A DNA stretch of 64,000 nucleotides from Eledone cirrhosa (lineage: Eukaryota). Numbering within the stretch: the stretch's first letter is position 1; the number at the start of each line of letters is the position of its first letter. The translations under genes were made by a program, and so were the position numbers. Below are positions 1-11,038 of this stretch, in pieces. Below the pieces are notes generated by a model. It was not told the DNA's origin. It did not search any database and was given only the letters and a program-made list of their open reading frames with translations. Where the stretch lies: positions 325,748,001 to 325,812,000 of the forward strand of contig OZ024741.1 in the NCBI GenBank assembly GCA_964016885.1, in the 5' to 3' direction.

Positions 1-3000
1 CACTCCATCAAACACTACCACAAACACACATACCGAAACACCACCACCACCACACAACATACCCTTACCCCACACACCTGACGATGATTATTCATCGACG
101 GATGAAGCTGCTTCTCCTTCTTTAAGTGAAGAGGGAGAACCGCGGAAATCCAAAAAACAAAAAAAGAGACACCACAAAACCCCCAGAACTCCAATCACCA
201 ACACCAACACACAACCACAGACACAAACAACAACACAAACAACACCACAGTCAAACATCCCCCTATCAGCAAAACCAGCACCAACACCACCCCAAACACA
301 AGCACCCACCATAAAAAGAAAACTCCCGGATGAACAACAAACTAAAACAATACAACAAAAACACAAACAACAATACGCATACATCAACACAAACAACAAG
401 AGTTTGATGGAGGTCATCTCCCAAAACCCCAAGGTGGAGACGGAGGGCAAAACTTTCGTCAAGGCAGAATCGTCTCCACACCTTAAACTTATAAGGGTTT
501 CTATGGAAACCTATAAAGACCTGAAAATTAAATTTTCACAGGACGTGGGCAACCCCTGCCACAAACCCATCAACCGCGTCCTGTTGAAAGGTTTCCCCAC
601 CCCACCCAACACCCCATCCAGCACCCAAATGGAGATTGAACAACCCGATCTCCAGGAAACGAAAAGGTAAGTGCACCTTTCGTCCCTTTTCGCCAACTTT
701 TCTTCACCAACATGGCTGGTTTACGAGTTGGAACCGTGAATGTGCGTGGCCTAGGGATGCCCTGGAAACAGGGCCAACTTTTAAACGACCTTAGGTCACA
801 CAGTATGGATGTGATAGCCATCACCGAGTCCAGAATCCACAACAGGCAGCAACTAACCCCCATCTTCGACGACTTTGAGATCTACGCATCTCTCTGTCAG
901 CCAGGAGGTGGAGGTGGAGTGGCTGTCATGTTTCGGAAGAACCTGGACGTCGGAGTACAGCAAGTACACTTGGGCCCGGAGGGTAGACTGGTAGTCCTAG
1001 ACGTGAACAGTATCGGAGGTGGAGCCTTCAGACTGGTGGCCGTTTATGCCCCGACCGGGCAATCGCAATCACGGCCAGACTTCTTTAAGCGTCTAGAGTC
1101 TTTTCTGGGAACGTCTCGCTCCTTACTTTTAGTGGGGGACTGGAATGGTATCCTAGATGCACGATGGGACTATGTGGGAGCATGTCCCAGTAGAGCGGGG
1201 TGCAACAGCGTCAAAACTTTAACTGGCCGATAGGTATCGATTGGATTTCCCGACTGCACCACAGTGGACGTGGGTAAACCGCAGTGGGACATCTAGATCG
1301 TATTTAGATAGGTTCTTCATTAGAGAAAGGGACAAGGATATGTTAAGCTGTCCACGAATGCACATGGTTGCCTATTCAGATCACAAGTTAGTCGTCTGCT
1401 TAGTCAACCGTGATAGAATACATAGACAGGGTCCCGGATACTGGAAGCTGAACGTGTCGTTGCCGGCACGTAAAGCTTACAGTGAACGGATAAGTAAACT
1501 AGTCAAGCAACAGTTAACGGGAGCCATCGTCAACAATAGATGGTGGTACTCTCTCAAGAAAGCAATTAGAATAGAATCGATAGGGTATAGCAGAGAGTTA
1601 GCCTTAGAGAAAAACAGAATAGAAAGAGAACTAGTAGCCAAGGTAGAGGAGGCACTTAGAAGTGGCAACGCGGCTAGAGTGTTAGCGTCGAGAACGGCAC
1701 TGGACCATTTCTTCGATGCGAAACACGAAGGCTGCGTGGTCAGAAGCAAAACACGTGCTCTAGGAATCGAAGGAGCGAAAGCTGTCAGCTGGGCCCGAGT
1801 GGCGGAGGCAAAAAGTGGCAACAAGTCCACGATTCGGTCTTTGAAAGACCAAAACGGACGCGTGCTACTTGACCCCAAGCAAATGTGCGCGGCCTTTCAG
1901 CGGCACTTTGCGCGACTGTTTGAGCAGAACAACGGTGAGGCGAACGGGGCAATGGACTTTAGTTCATACCTCGACGGCCTGCCGCGTCTCTCGAACACGG
2001 ACGCCGAGTTCTGCGAAAGACCGATCACGGACACTGAGATACGGGACGCTCTGGGCCGCTGCGGGAAACGCAAGTCACCCGGTCTAGATGGTCTACCCTA
2101 CGAATTTTATATAGGCATGCCGGACTTGTTCTCTGGCGTCCTCGAAGCCGTCTACTGCAATTGGCAGCAGAACGGGAGAATTCCCAGTTCTGCAGGCAAG
2201 GGCGTAGTAACGCTGATCAGGAAAGACGAGAACAAGGGGGACGAAATTAACAACTTCAGGCCCATAACTCTGCTCAACACAGAGTTAAAGATTTTGGCCA
2301 AGGTGCTAGCGACGAGGTTGGCGCTTGTCGTCGAGAATCTGGTAGGGAAAGCGCAAACGTGTGCACTCCCGACCAGGTCCATACACGACAACCTCCACCT
2401 CATGCGATACATCATAGAGAGGGTGGGTAGTAAACCCGACTTCGGTGGGGCTCTGATCAACTTGGATCAGTCTAAGGCATTCGATAGGGTCGACCATCGA
2501 TACTTGGAAGCGGTTCTCAAGGCGGCCGGTTTCGGTCCCGTGTTCAGAGGATGGATCGAGGCGATGCACACCAGCATCTGCTCGAGGGTCAAGGTGAACG
2601 GCTACCTATCGGAGCCGTTTGCAATCACGCGTTCCATTCGACAGGGATGCCCTCTCTCCTCCATTCTGTATGTATTGACTCTAGAGCCACTACTGCGGAA
2701 ATTGGAGCTGTTGCAGGGCATCCCCCTAGAACCGGGACTGCGCAAAGGGGCGTCGGCTTATGCCGACGACGTGACAGTAATAGTGTCGAGCACCTCGGAA
2801 ATCGGGGTGATCGGCAACATACTGAAAGAATACGAAACGCTGACGGGAGCAAAACTAAACCCAGACAAGTCTGTCGGTTTGCAACTCGGTACGTGGAGAG
2901 GCAAACCGATGACATCCGACAGCGTCGTTGGACGCTGGACGGACGGACCGGTGAAATTGCTCGGGGTCTGGTTCGGTCCAGACCTCCAGGTGGAGAAAAA

Positions 3001-4583
3001 CTGGAACGAGGTCACGGTCAAGGTGTTTGAACTCACTCAGAAGTGGGCAGAGTGCAAACTGTCCTTGAAATGTCGAGTGGAGGTGGCGAACACTTTCATA
3101 GCGTCCGTCATCTACTACCGATTGACTGTCGTGCCTTGTCCCCGTGAACACCTCGCCAAGATGGAACGCATGTTCTTCCAGTTTCTGCTCGGGGTCTGGT
3201 TCGGTCCAGACCTCCAGGTGGAAAAGAACTGGGACGAGGTTACGAACAAGGTGTTTGCACTAACCCAGAAATGGGCCAAGTGTAAGCTGTCCCTAAAAGG
3301 CCGGGCGGAGGTGGCGAACATTTACATAGCGTCCGTACCTTACTACCGCCTGACTGTCGTGCCTTGCCCTAAGGAAACACTCACCACCATGGAATGCATG
3401 CTCTTCCAATTTCTTTGGAAGAAGCGCCCTCCTATGGTGAGAAGATCCATCTGCTGCTAACAACCTTCGAAAGGAGGGCTGGGGATGCCGTGGTTGATGA
3501 TGCGTAGGCACGCATTAAGGCTACGGCACCTACAGGTATCCCTCACTGGTCAACCGGTGTGGGCTCCGTTCGTGAAACGAGCCTTCCCTAGACTCGTCTC
3601 GCTCACCGAGCTGCAGTCCTGGGTCAAGAAAAGATCCGGAAAACTGGGAGACTGGCACACTGAGTGTGCTCAGGCGCTCAGGGCTCTCTGGCAAGCGGGC
3701 CAGGCCATCGGTGGAAAATCCTTCTCATCATTCTATAGAGGGCTGGTGGCTAGCAGGGGCGATGACACCCTTGGAGAGTCGCTGGACATGGAGGAGGACG
3801 AACTGGCCAGCCTGTTCGGTAGGACTTTCGGCCCGGGACCAATGGACAACTTCCAGAAGTCACTAGCCTGGCAGTGCTACCGGGGGGCTCTACCCGTTCG
3901 AGAGAGGCTCTACAGACACGGGCGCCCGGGCAGGGATCCCTCAAAAAAGATTTGCCCTAGATGCGTGCGTCACGAAGAAACCGTTGCGCACGCATTGGTG
4001 CAATGTCCGGGCGTGGCTGATCTGTGGGGCTACGCTGAACGACTGCTGTCGCGGGTGGCGCCGATTCAATTGACCGCCGAGTCCGTGATGACAATCAAAC
4101 CGCCTCCCCTCTTCACAAAGGAAGCAAAGGCGGTTTTTCTGTGCGTGATAGCCATGTTGAAAGAGGTTGTTTGGTGGACACGATTGAAAGGTCTGAGGTC
4201 AGGCAACTTCCTCTCTGGCCATAGTCTGGTCTACTTCTTCCGATATCACTTCGGAAGAAGGATAAGAATGGAGAGAGAGGTGCTTGGCCACAGCCAGTTT
4301 TATGAAACGTGGGTGATAGTGGCGAGAATGGCTCGTGTAAATGGGCCTTCTCTGTATACCATCCTGTAGGTAAAGAAGTGAAGGAGAGGGGAGCACCTTC
4401 TCCATATGCTCCCTGGGCAAAGGATTGCACACTTTTTCGGGGATGTGTGCAACCCCCATCACGTCCCCTCCCTTTTGAGGTTATTTTCGATTATTTTCAT
4501 TTTATACCCTTTTTACTCGATTGTATGTAAACTCCCCCTTTGTATTTGTACCTTCTTTTTATGCCTTTATGGTAAATAAAGAA
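1..4583 (+). mobile_element. L1/Tx1-clade non-LTR retrotransposon (5' end outside window), disrupted
   Basis: ORF1 tail ending at 670; ORF2 with APE endonuclease (TVNVRGL, ITES, LVGDWN, SYLDRF, SDH), RT (SPGLDGL, FRPITLLN, QGCPLS, AYADD) and C-terminal CPRC..EETVAH..QC; 3' UTR ends AATAAAGAAA then (TATC)n. Confidence 0.93.
712..4369 (+). pseudogene. Tx1 ORF2 (APE-RT-zinc finger), broken near 1233 and 3460
   Basis: ORF pieces 712..1233, 1241..3460 and 3485..4369 are consecutive ORF2 domains; contains an in-frame 76-aa duplication. Confidence 0.9.
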
Positions 4584-4674
4584 ATCTATCTATCTATCTA
4601 TCTATATATCTATCTATCTATCTATGTATCTATCTATCTATCTATATATCTATCTATCTATTTATCTCTATATA
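4584..4674 (+). repeat. (TATC)n tail/target between two Tx1 copies
   Basis: Tandem TATC directly after AATAAAGAAA. Confidence 0.9.
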
Positions 4675-5741
4675 TTCCTCACCGGACAACCGGTGCGGGC
4701 CCCGTTCGTGAGGCGAGTCTTCCCACGACTCGTCTCGCTGACAGAGCTGCAGTCCTGGGTCAAGCAAAGACCGAGGAAAATGGGCGACTGGCACATCGAA
4801 TGTGCTCAGGCGCTCACAGCCCTCTGGCAGGCGGACCCGGCGATCAGTGGAGACTCCACTTCGTCATTCTATAGAGGGTTGATCCGCAGCAAGTGCGACA
4901 ACGCGCTCGGTGAAACTCTAGGCTTAGAGGAAGATGAACTGCCCAGTCTGTTCGGTAGGACCTTCCGCCCGTGACCGATGGACAACTTCCAAAATCCCTG
5001 GCCTGGCAGTGCTACTGAGGAGCTCTACCAGTTCGAGACAAGCTCTACAGACATGGGCGCCCGGGCAGGAACCCTGCAAAAAAGATCTCTCCGAGGTGCG
5101 TGCGTAACGAAGAAACCGTCGCGCACGAATTCATACACTGCCTGGGCGTCACTGACCTGTGGGGCTATGTAGAACGACTATTGTCGCGGGTGGGACCAAT
5201 CCGGTTGACCACCGAGTCCATTGTCATGATCAAACCGCCACCCTCCTTCAAAAACGAAGGAGAGGCGGTTTTCCTTTGTGTGATAGCTATGGCGAAAGAG
5301 GTTGTATGGTGGACAAGGTTGAAAGGGCTGAGGTCAGACACCTTTCTCTCCGGCCAACAACTGATTCTTTTTTTCAAATACCACTTTGGAAGAAGAATCA
5401 GGGTGGGGAGAGAGGTGCTGTACCCCAGCAAGTTTTATGAAAGGTGGGTGAAAGTGGCGAGAATGGCCCGAGTGAATGGGCCTTCTCTCTATATCAGCCT
5501 GTAGGTTGAGGAAAAGGAGGAGGAGAGGAAAGGAGTACAAACTCTTCGTACTCCTGGAGATGAGGGTTTCACATTTTTTCGAGGGTATGCGTTACCCATA
5601 TGAACTGTCTCCCCCTATTGGGGAAAATCGACTAATTTTTTAAATTGCATTTGTGATAACATTTTACACGTTTTTATTGTATGTAAACTTCCCCCTTTGT
5701 ATTTGTCCCCTTCTTTTGTGCCCCTGTGGCTAATAAAGAAA
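4675..5741 (+). mobile_element. 5'-truncated Tx1 copy (related subfamily)
   Basis: Homologous to 3539-4583 (LTGQPV.APFV.R.FPRLVSLTELQSWVK ... VARMARVNGPSLY); ends AATAAAGAAA plus (TATC)n. Confidence 0.9.
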
Positions 5742-5890
5742 TATATCTATCTATCTATCTATCTATCTATCTCTATCTCTCTCTCTATATATATATAACT
5801 TACATACACGCACACACACATATATATATGTACGCGGGAACACACAAATTTATATGTATATATTTATGTATATATATGTGCGTATACATG

Positions 5891-5940
<50 letters not shown>

Positions 5941-5945
<5 letters not shown>

Positions 5946-6645
5946 TCAGGTTATCAATAATGTAGTGATAATATATCGTTACGTTAGAGATGAACAACGT
6001 ACGTGCAGGTTTGCTCAACGAGTATAAATTATATTCCGGAGAAAATGTAGAAAGGATGAATATAAAATGAAAGTGCTTTTGTTAAAAAAGGAATTTATTA
6101 GGTATTGACATATGTTTCTGTAACAGACCGAATACCTATGTATCGCTGCTTGCGTAATGCATATACCAGCTGGATACTAGCATTGAAGTTATTTAGTAGC
6201 AATCGAAATCTCCCCCTTCCCCAATTGACACTTTATAATTAATACTACTGCACCAAATGACCAGCCCTGTCCACTGTCCAGTTGGTCAAGTAGAGATTAA
6301 AATTGGCACTCCCAAAATTCTTATTTAGATTTACTCATGGTATACTCATTAGAAACCCATTATATACTTGTTTAGCAGTAAATTAATTTACCATCTGTCA
6401 TATACTATCCCCTCTGTTCCTTCCTCTTTTACTAATATAAATACTTCAATTTTTCTGATTTTATCCAATTTATCCAAAATCTCTGAAGAAGTGACAACTG
6501 ATTATACATTTGCTATCGAATGCTTACTAACATTATATGATTACGCAAGCAGCGATACATAGGTATTCGGTCTGTTACAGAAACATATGTCAATACCTAA
6601 TAAATTCCTTTTTTAACAAAAGCACTTTCATTTTATATTCATCCT

Positions 6646-6650
<5 letters not shown>
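5941..6650 (-). mobile_element. Fold-back non-coding element in (TA)n, Penelope pLTR/retrozyme-like (family 1)
   Basis: 111-bp inverted repeat 6048-6158 / 6540-6650; unpaired tail 5941-6047; (TA)n on both sides; tail and arm similar to 9196-9320. Confidence 0.8.
6476..6596 (+). ncRNA. Hammerhead ribozyme-like motif with long stem II (stem I decayed)
   Basis: CTGAAGA 6483-6489; stem II GTGACA/TGTTAC around a ~90-nt domain; GAAA 6580; palindromic CATATG; GTC site 6589-6591; stem I does not pair. Confidence 0.6.
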
Positions 6651-6744
<94 letters not shown>

Positions 6745-7007
6745 ATGTGCGTGTGCGTATGTGTGTGTGTATCTGTGTTTGTGTGTGTTTAGTTATGTAA
6801 TATATACCATTGTGTAATATGATTGTGCGTTGGATAGCAATTATATATGAAATATTGCGTTTCTTATTTCTAGCTGTTGCTTCGTCAATTCTTATTGCTA
6901 TTATTATATTTTTTGTTGTTGCTATCTTTATTTTGTAATTGCATTGATGTTATACAACAGATCCATGAATGGTGGGTGTGGGGCTAGTGTTGACTTGCGT
7001 AACATTG

Positions 7008-7135
7008 ATCATCATCATCATCATCATCATCACCATCATCATCATCACCATCATCACCATCCTTCTCCTCATCATCATCGTTATCGTTATTATTGTTGTT
7101 GTTGTTGTTGTTGTTAATATTATTATTATTATTAA

Positions 7136-7196
<61 letters not shown>

Positions 7197-7366
7197 TTTA
7201 TTGTTATTATTGTTATTATGTCAAAGAAATGATGAAGTATCTCTTGACTTGCTGCATATGATATAGATTGTAATTATAGCAACACAAAAGTCAAAAGAAC
7301 GATAAACTCCTCAAAAATGATAATAAATATAATATTCCTCAAAGAATTGAATAACGAAGATGATCA

Positions 7367-7438
<72 letters not shown>

Positions 7439-7509
7439 CACTACTACTACTACTACTAATACTACTGCTACTGCTGCTACTACTACTACTACTACCGCTA
7501 CTGCTACTG

Positions 7510-7567
<58 letters not shown>

Positions 7568-7571
7568 AACA

Positions 7572-7635
<64 letters not shown>

Positions 7636-7752
7636 ATGATAATAATAACAACAACGATAATAATAATAATAACAATGATAATGATGGTGATGATGATGAT
7701 GATGACGATGGTGACGATGATGATGATGATAATGATGATGATGATGATGGTA
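7008..7752. repeat. Compound trinucleotide microsatellites (ATC, GTT, ATT, ACT, GAT)
   Basis: Direct reading. Confidence 0.95.
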
Positions 7753-7883
7753 ATATTTCTTTATTGGCCAGAATGCACCAATATAAATGAGACAAAGCAT
7801 CTGATACAATAGACGTAAAAAACATGTGGTTATGGACCTATGCGTGTGCATGCACATACACACATACCCACGCACATATATAT

Positions 7884-7989
<106 letters not shown>

Positions 7990-8152
7990 TATGTAGAAAA
8001 AGATAACACACGAGAGAGAGAGTGTGTGTTTATCAATGTACAGGAAAAACCACCAATGTATGGAATCTATAAACTAAGAAAAATGACGTAGACGCATAAT
8101 AATAAAAAATATAAATCAGACTGAATTTACCCACTTTTATAACTATATATCA

Positions 8153-8231
8153 CACACGTACAAACTCAAAGAGATTTGTTTCGCCAACAGATTAGTGTAT
8201 GGAATGAAACACGCAGGTTGATCAGCGTGTG
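8153..8231 (-). ncRNA. Type I hammerhead ribozyme, G8C-mutated copy
   Basis: Stem I CACACG/CGTGTG; core CTGATCA; GAAA; stem III ACAAA(T)CTC-TTT-GAGTTTGT; GTA site. Confidence 0.7.
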
Positions 8232-8332
8232 ATAAGTTTACTGTCCCATGCTCACATTTCCTTCTCTCTACCACGTGTTGCAATGCAGTTATCTTAAGTT
8301 CCTTTAGAGTTGTCTGGAATGTATTCACTTAC

Positions 8333-8411
8333 CACTTGTTGATGAACCTGCGTGTTTCATTCCATACACTAATCTTTTGGCGAAACAAATCTCTTTGAGT
8401 TTGTACGTGTG
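8333..8411 (+). ncRNA. Type I hammerhead ribozyme, mirror copy (core TTGATGA)
   Basis: TTGATGA 8339-8345, GAAA 8382-8385, GTA 8403-8405; the consensus of the two arms restores CTGATGA. Confidence 0.65.
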
Positions 8412-8685
8412 TTATATATAGTTAAAAAGGTTGGTAAATTCATTCTGATTTATAATTTTAATTATTATGCGACTAACTCACCTTTCTTAGTTTATAGATT
8501 CCATACATTGGTGGTTTTTCCTTACATTGATAAACACACACACTCTCTCTTTCGTATGTTATCTTTTTCTAGATATTATATTTGAAGTGTCCAGGATTCT
8601 TTTTCCTTTGAGCTCATAAATTACAGGGACTAACGCGAGTTTATGACTACGTTAATTTTTTAAAATATACATATGTATATGTATC

Positions 8686-8740
<55 letters not shown>

Positions 8741-8773
8741 GGATTTAAATGGATACAGTTCAGTAAAAGGAAT

Positions 8774-8894
8774 TTATTGACACGTGTTTCAATAACAGTT
8801 ATATAACCTGAAAACGGCTGCTATCTACAAAGTATTAATTATGCAGACACTCAATATTTCAATGTTATTTTCAACTATCATTTCATCAGAATAA
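8774..8894 (-). ncRNA. Mirror copy of the long-stem-II hammerhead
   Basis: Same motif on the minus arm; stem II fully paired over 10 bp (AATGATAGTT/AACTGTTATT, 2 GU). Confidence 0.75.
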
Positions 8895-9091
8895 TCTCAT
8901 TGAGAACTTGTTTGGTTTTTATAGAGAATATTAAGAGGGGGGAGTGAAGTTAGAAGAATAGTTAAGGAAGTGGATAGAAATTTTTGATAGCACTGCTATC
9001 AAAAATTTCTATCCACTTCCTTAACTATTCTTCTAACTTCACTCCCCCCTCTTAATATTCTCTATAAAAACCAAACAAGTTCTCAATGAGA

Positions 9092-9212
9092 TTATTCTGA
9101 TGAAATGATAGTTGAAAATAACATTGAAATATTGAGTGTCTGCATAATTAATACTTTGTAGATAGTAGCCGTTTTCAGGTTATATAACAGTTATTGAAAC
9201 ACGTGTCAATAA
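9092..9212 (+). ncRNA. Type I hammerhead ribozyme with 92-nt stem II domain
   Basis: Stem I TTATT/AATAA; CTGATGA 9097-9103; stem II AATGATAGTT/AACAGTTATT; GAAA 9196; palindrome CACGTG; GTC site ending 9207. Confidence 0.75.
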
Positions 9213-9355
9213 ATTCCTTTTACTGAACTGTATCCATTTAAATCCTTCTATTTTCTCCGGATTACTTTTGAAACTACAACTGGAACCGTCGAGCAAACCC
9301 TACGTGAGCTGTCCATCTACTGTGTGTAATATTCATATTACAACACTACGGAAAA

Positions 9356-9413
<58 letters not shown>

Positions 9414-9415
<2 letters not shown>

Positions 9416-9595
9416 GGAATGCTAAGCTCTGAGGAATGCCAACAGTATGAAACAGAGATCTGTCAGCTTATCTCCCTTTGTTTGCTTAAAAAAGAAGTGA
9501 CATAGTCACTACTTTAAAACAATAGCGTAAGGTCTTCAAAATTCTTTTAATTAAGCATACAGTATATTACCAAATACACTATATATACATTCATA
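9414..9595 (+). mobile_element. Truncated copy of hammerhead element family 3 in (TA)n
   Basis: Near-identical to 10320-10505. Confidence 0.85.
9423..9470 (+). ncRNA. Canonical type I hammerhead ribozyme
   Basis: TAAGCT-CTGAGGA-ATGC CAACA GTAT-GAAA-CAG AGAT CTG-TC-AGCTTA; all core nucleotides intact; predicted cleavage after 9464. Confidence 0.9.
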
Positions 9596-9617
9596 TATAT
9601 ATATATATGTATGTATG

Positions 9618-9749
<132 letters not shown>

Positions 9750-9837
9750 GATACATATATATATATAAATAAAATAAATTAAATGTTATGACTCCGTTAA
9801 TATATTTTTTATATATATATATGTATCTATGTATCTA

Positions 9838-9923
<86 letters not shown>

Positions 9924-10046
9924 TGTATATATAGTGTATTTGGTAATACACTGTATGCTTAAGTAAAAGCATTTTGAAGACCTTACGCTATTGTTTTAAA
10001 GTAGTGACTATGTCACTTACTTCCTTTTTCAACAAACAAAGGGAGA

Positions 10047-10094
10047 TAAGCTGACAGATCTCAGTTTCATACTGTTGGTATTCCTAAGAGCTTA
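10047..10094 (-). ncRNA. Hammerhead copy with G5T core mutation
   Basis: TAAGCT-CTTAGGA-ATAC CAACA GTAT-GAAA-CTGAGATCTG-TC-AGCTTA on minus. Confidence 0.75.
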
Positions 10095-10326
10095 GCACTC
10101 CCTTTGTTTGTTGAAAATTATGAATGTTGGATTCTTATAGAATTCCAGTAATAATCAGGAACTGATTATACAGAGCGGTTGCCGGTCCAGCAAAAATTGA
10201 AAATTAGAATTGGTGTTCTGAAATAACGATGTATATATGAATGTATATATAATGTATTTGGTAATACACTGTATGCTTAATTAAAAGAATCCAACATTCA
10301 TAATTTTCAACAAACAAAGGGAGTGC

Positions 10327-10374
10327 TAAGCTCTGAGGAATACCAACAGCATGAAACAGAGATCTGTCAGCTTA
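10327..10374 (+). ncRNA. Type I hammerhead ribozyme with extended stem I
   Basis: CTGAGGA 10333, GAAA 10353, GTC ending 10368; flanked by a 20-bp helix 10304-10323 / 10376-10395. Confidence 0.88.
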
Positions 10375-10535
10375 TCTCCCTTTGTTTGTTGAAAAAAGAA
10401 GTAAGTGACATAGTCACTACTTTAAAACAATAGCGTAAGGTCTTTAAAATGCTTTTAATTAAGCATACTGTGTATTACCAAATACACTATATATACATTC
10501 ATATATATATCGCTATTTCAGAGCACCAATTCTAA

Positions 10536-11035
<500 letters not shown>

Positions 11036-11038
<3 letters not shown>

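Larger units (their letters stand above)
8736..9358 (+). mobile_element. Fold-back element, 515-bp near-perfect palindrome plus tail (family 1)
   Basis: Arms 8736-8992 / 8994-9250 with a 1-nt spacer and two mismatches seen; tail 9251-9358; (TA)n flanks. Confidence 0.88.
9918..10535. mobile_element. Family 3 element: ~1.2 tandem 318-nt units on minus, then an inverted plus copy
   Basis: GAATGTATATAT..TGTATTTGGTAATACAC recurs at 9921 and 10239; 10289-10535 is the reverse complement of 9918-10132 plus 10203-10230. Confidence 0.85.

Noticed and set aside
665-712. GTAAGT donor-like site overlapping the Tx1 ORF1 stop
   Set aside because: No acceptor before the ORF2 ATG and not conserved in all copies
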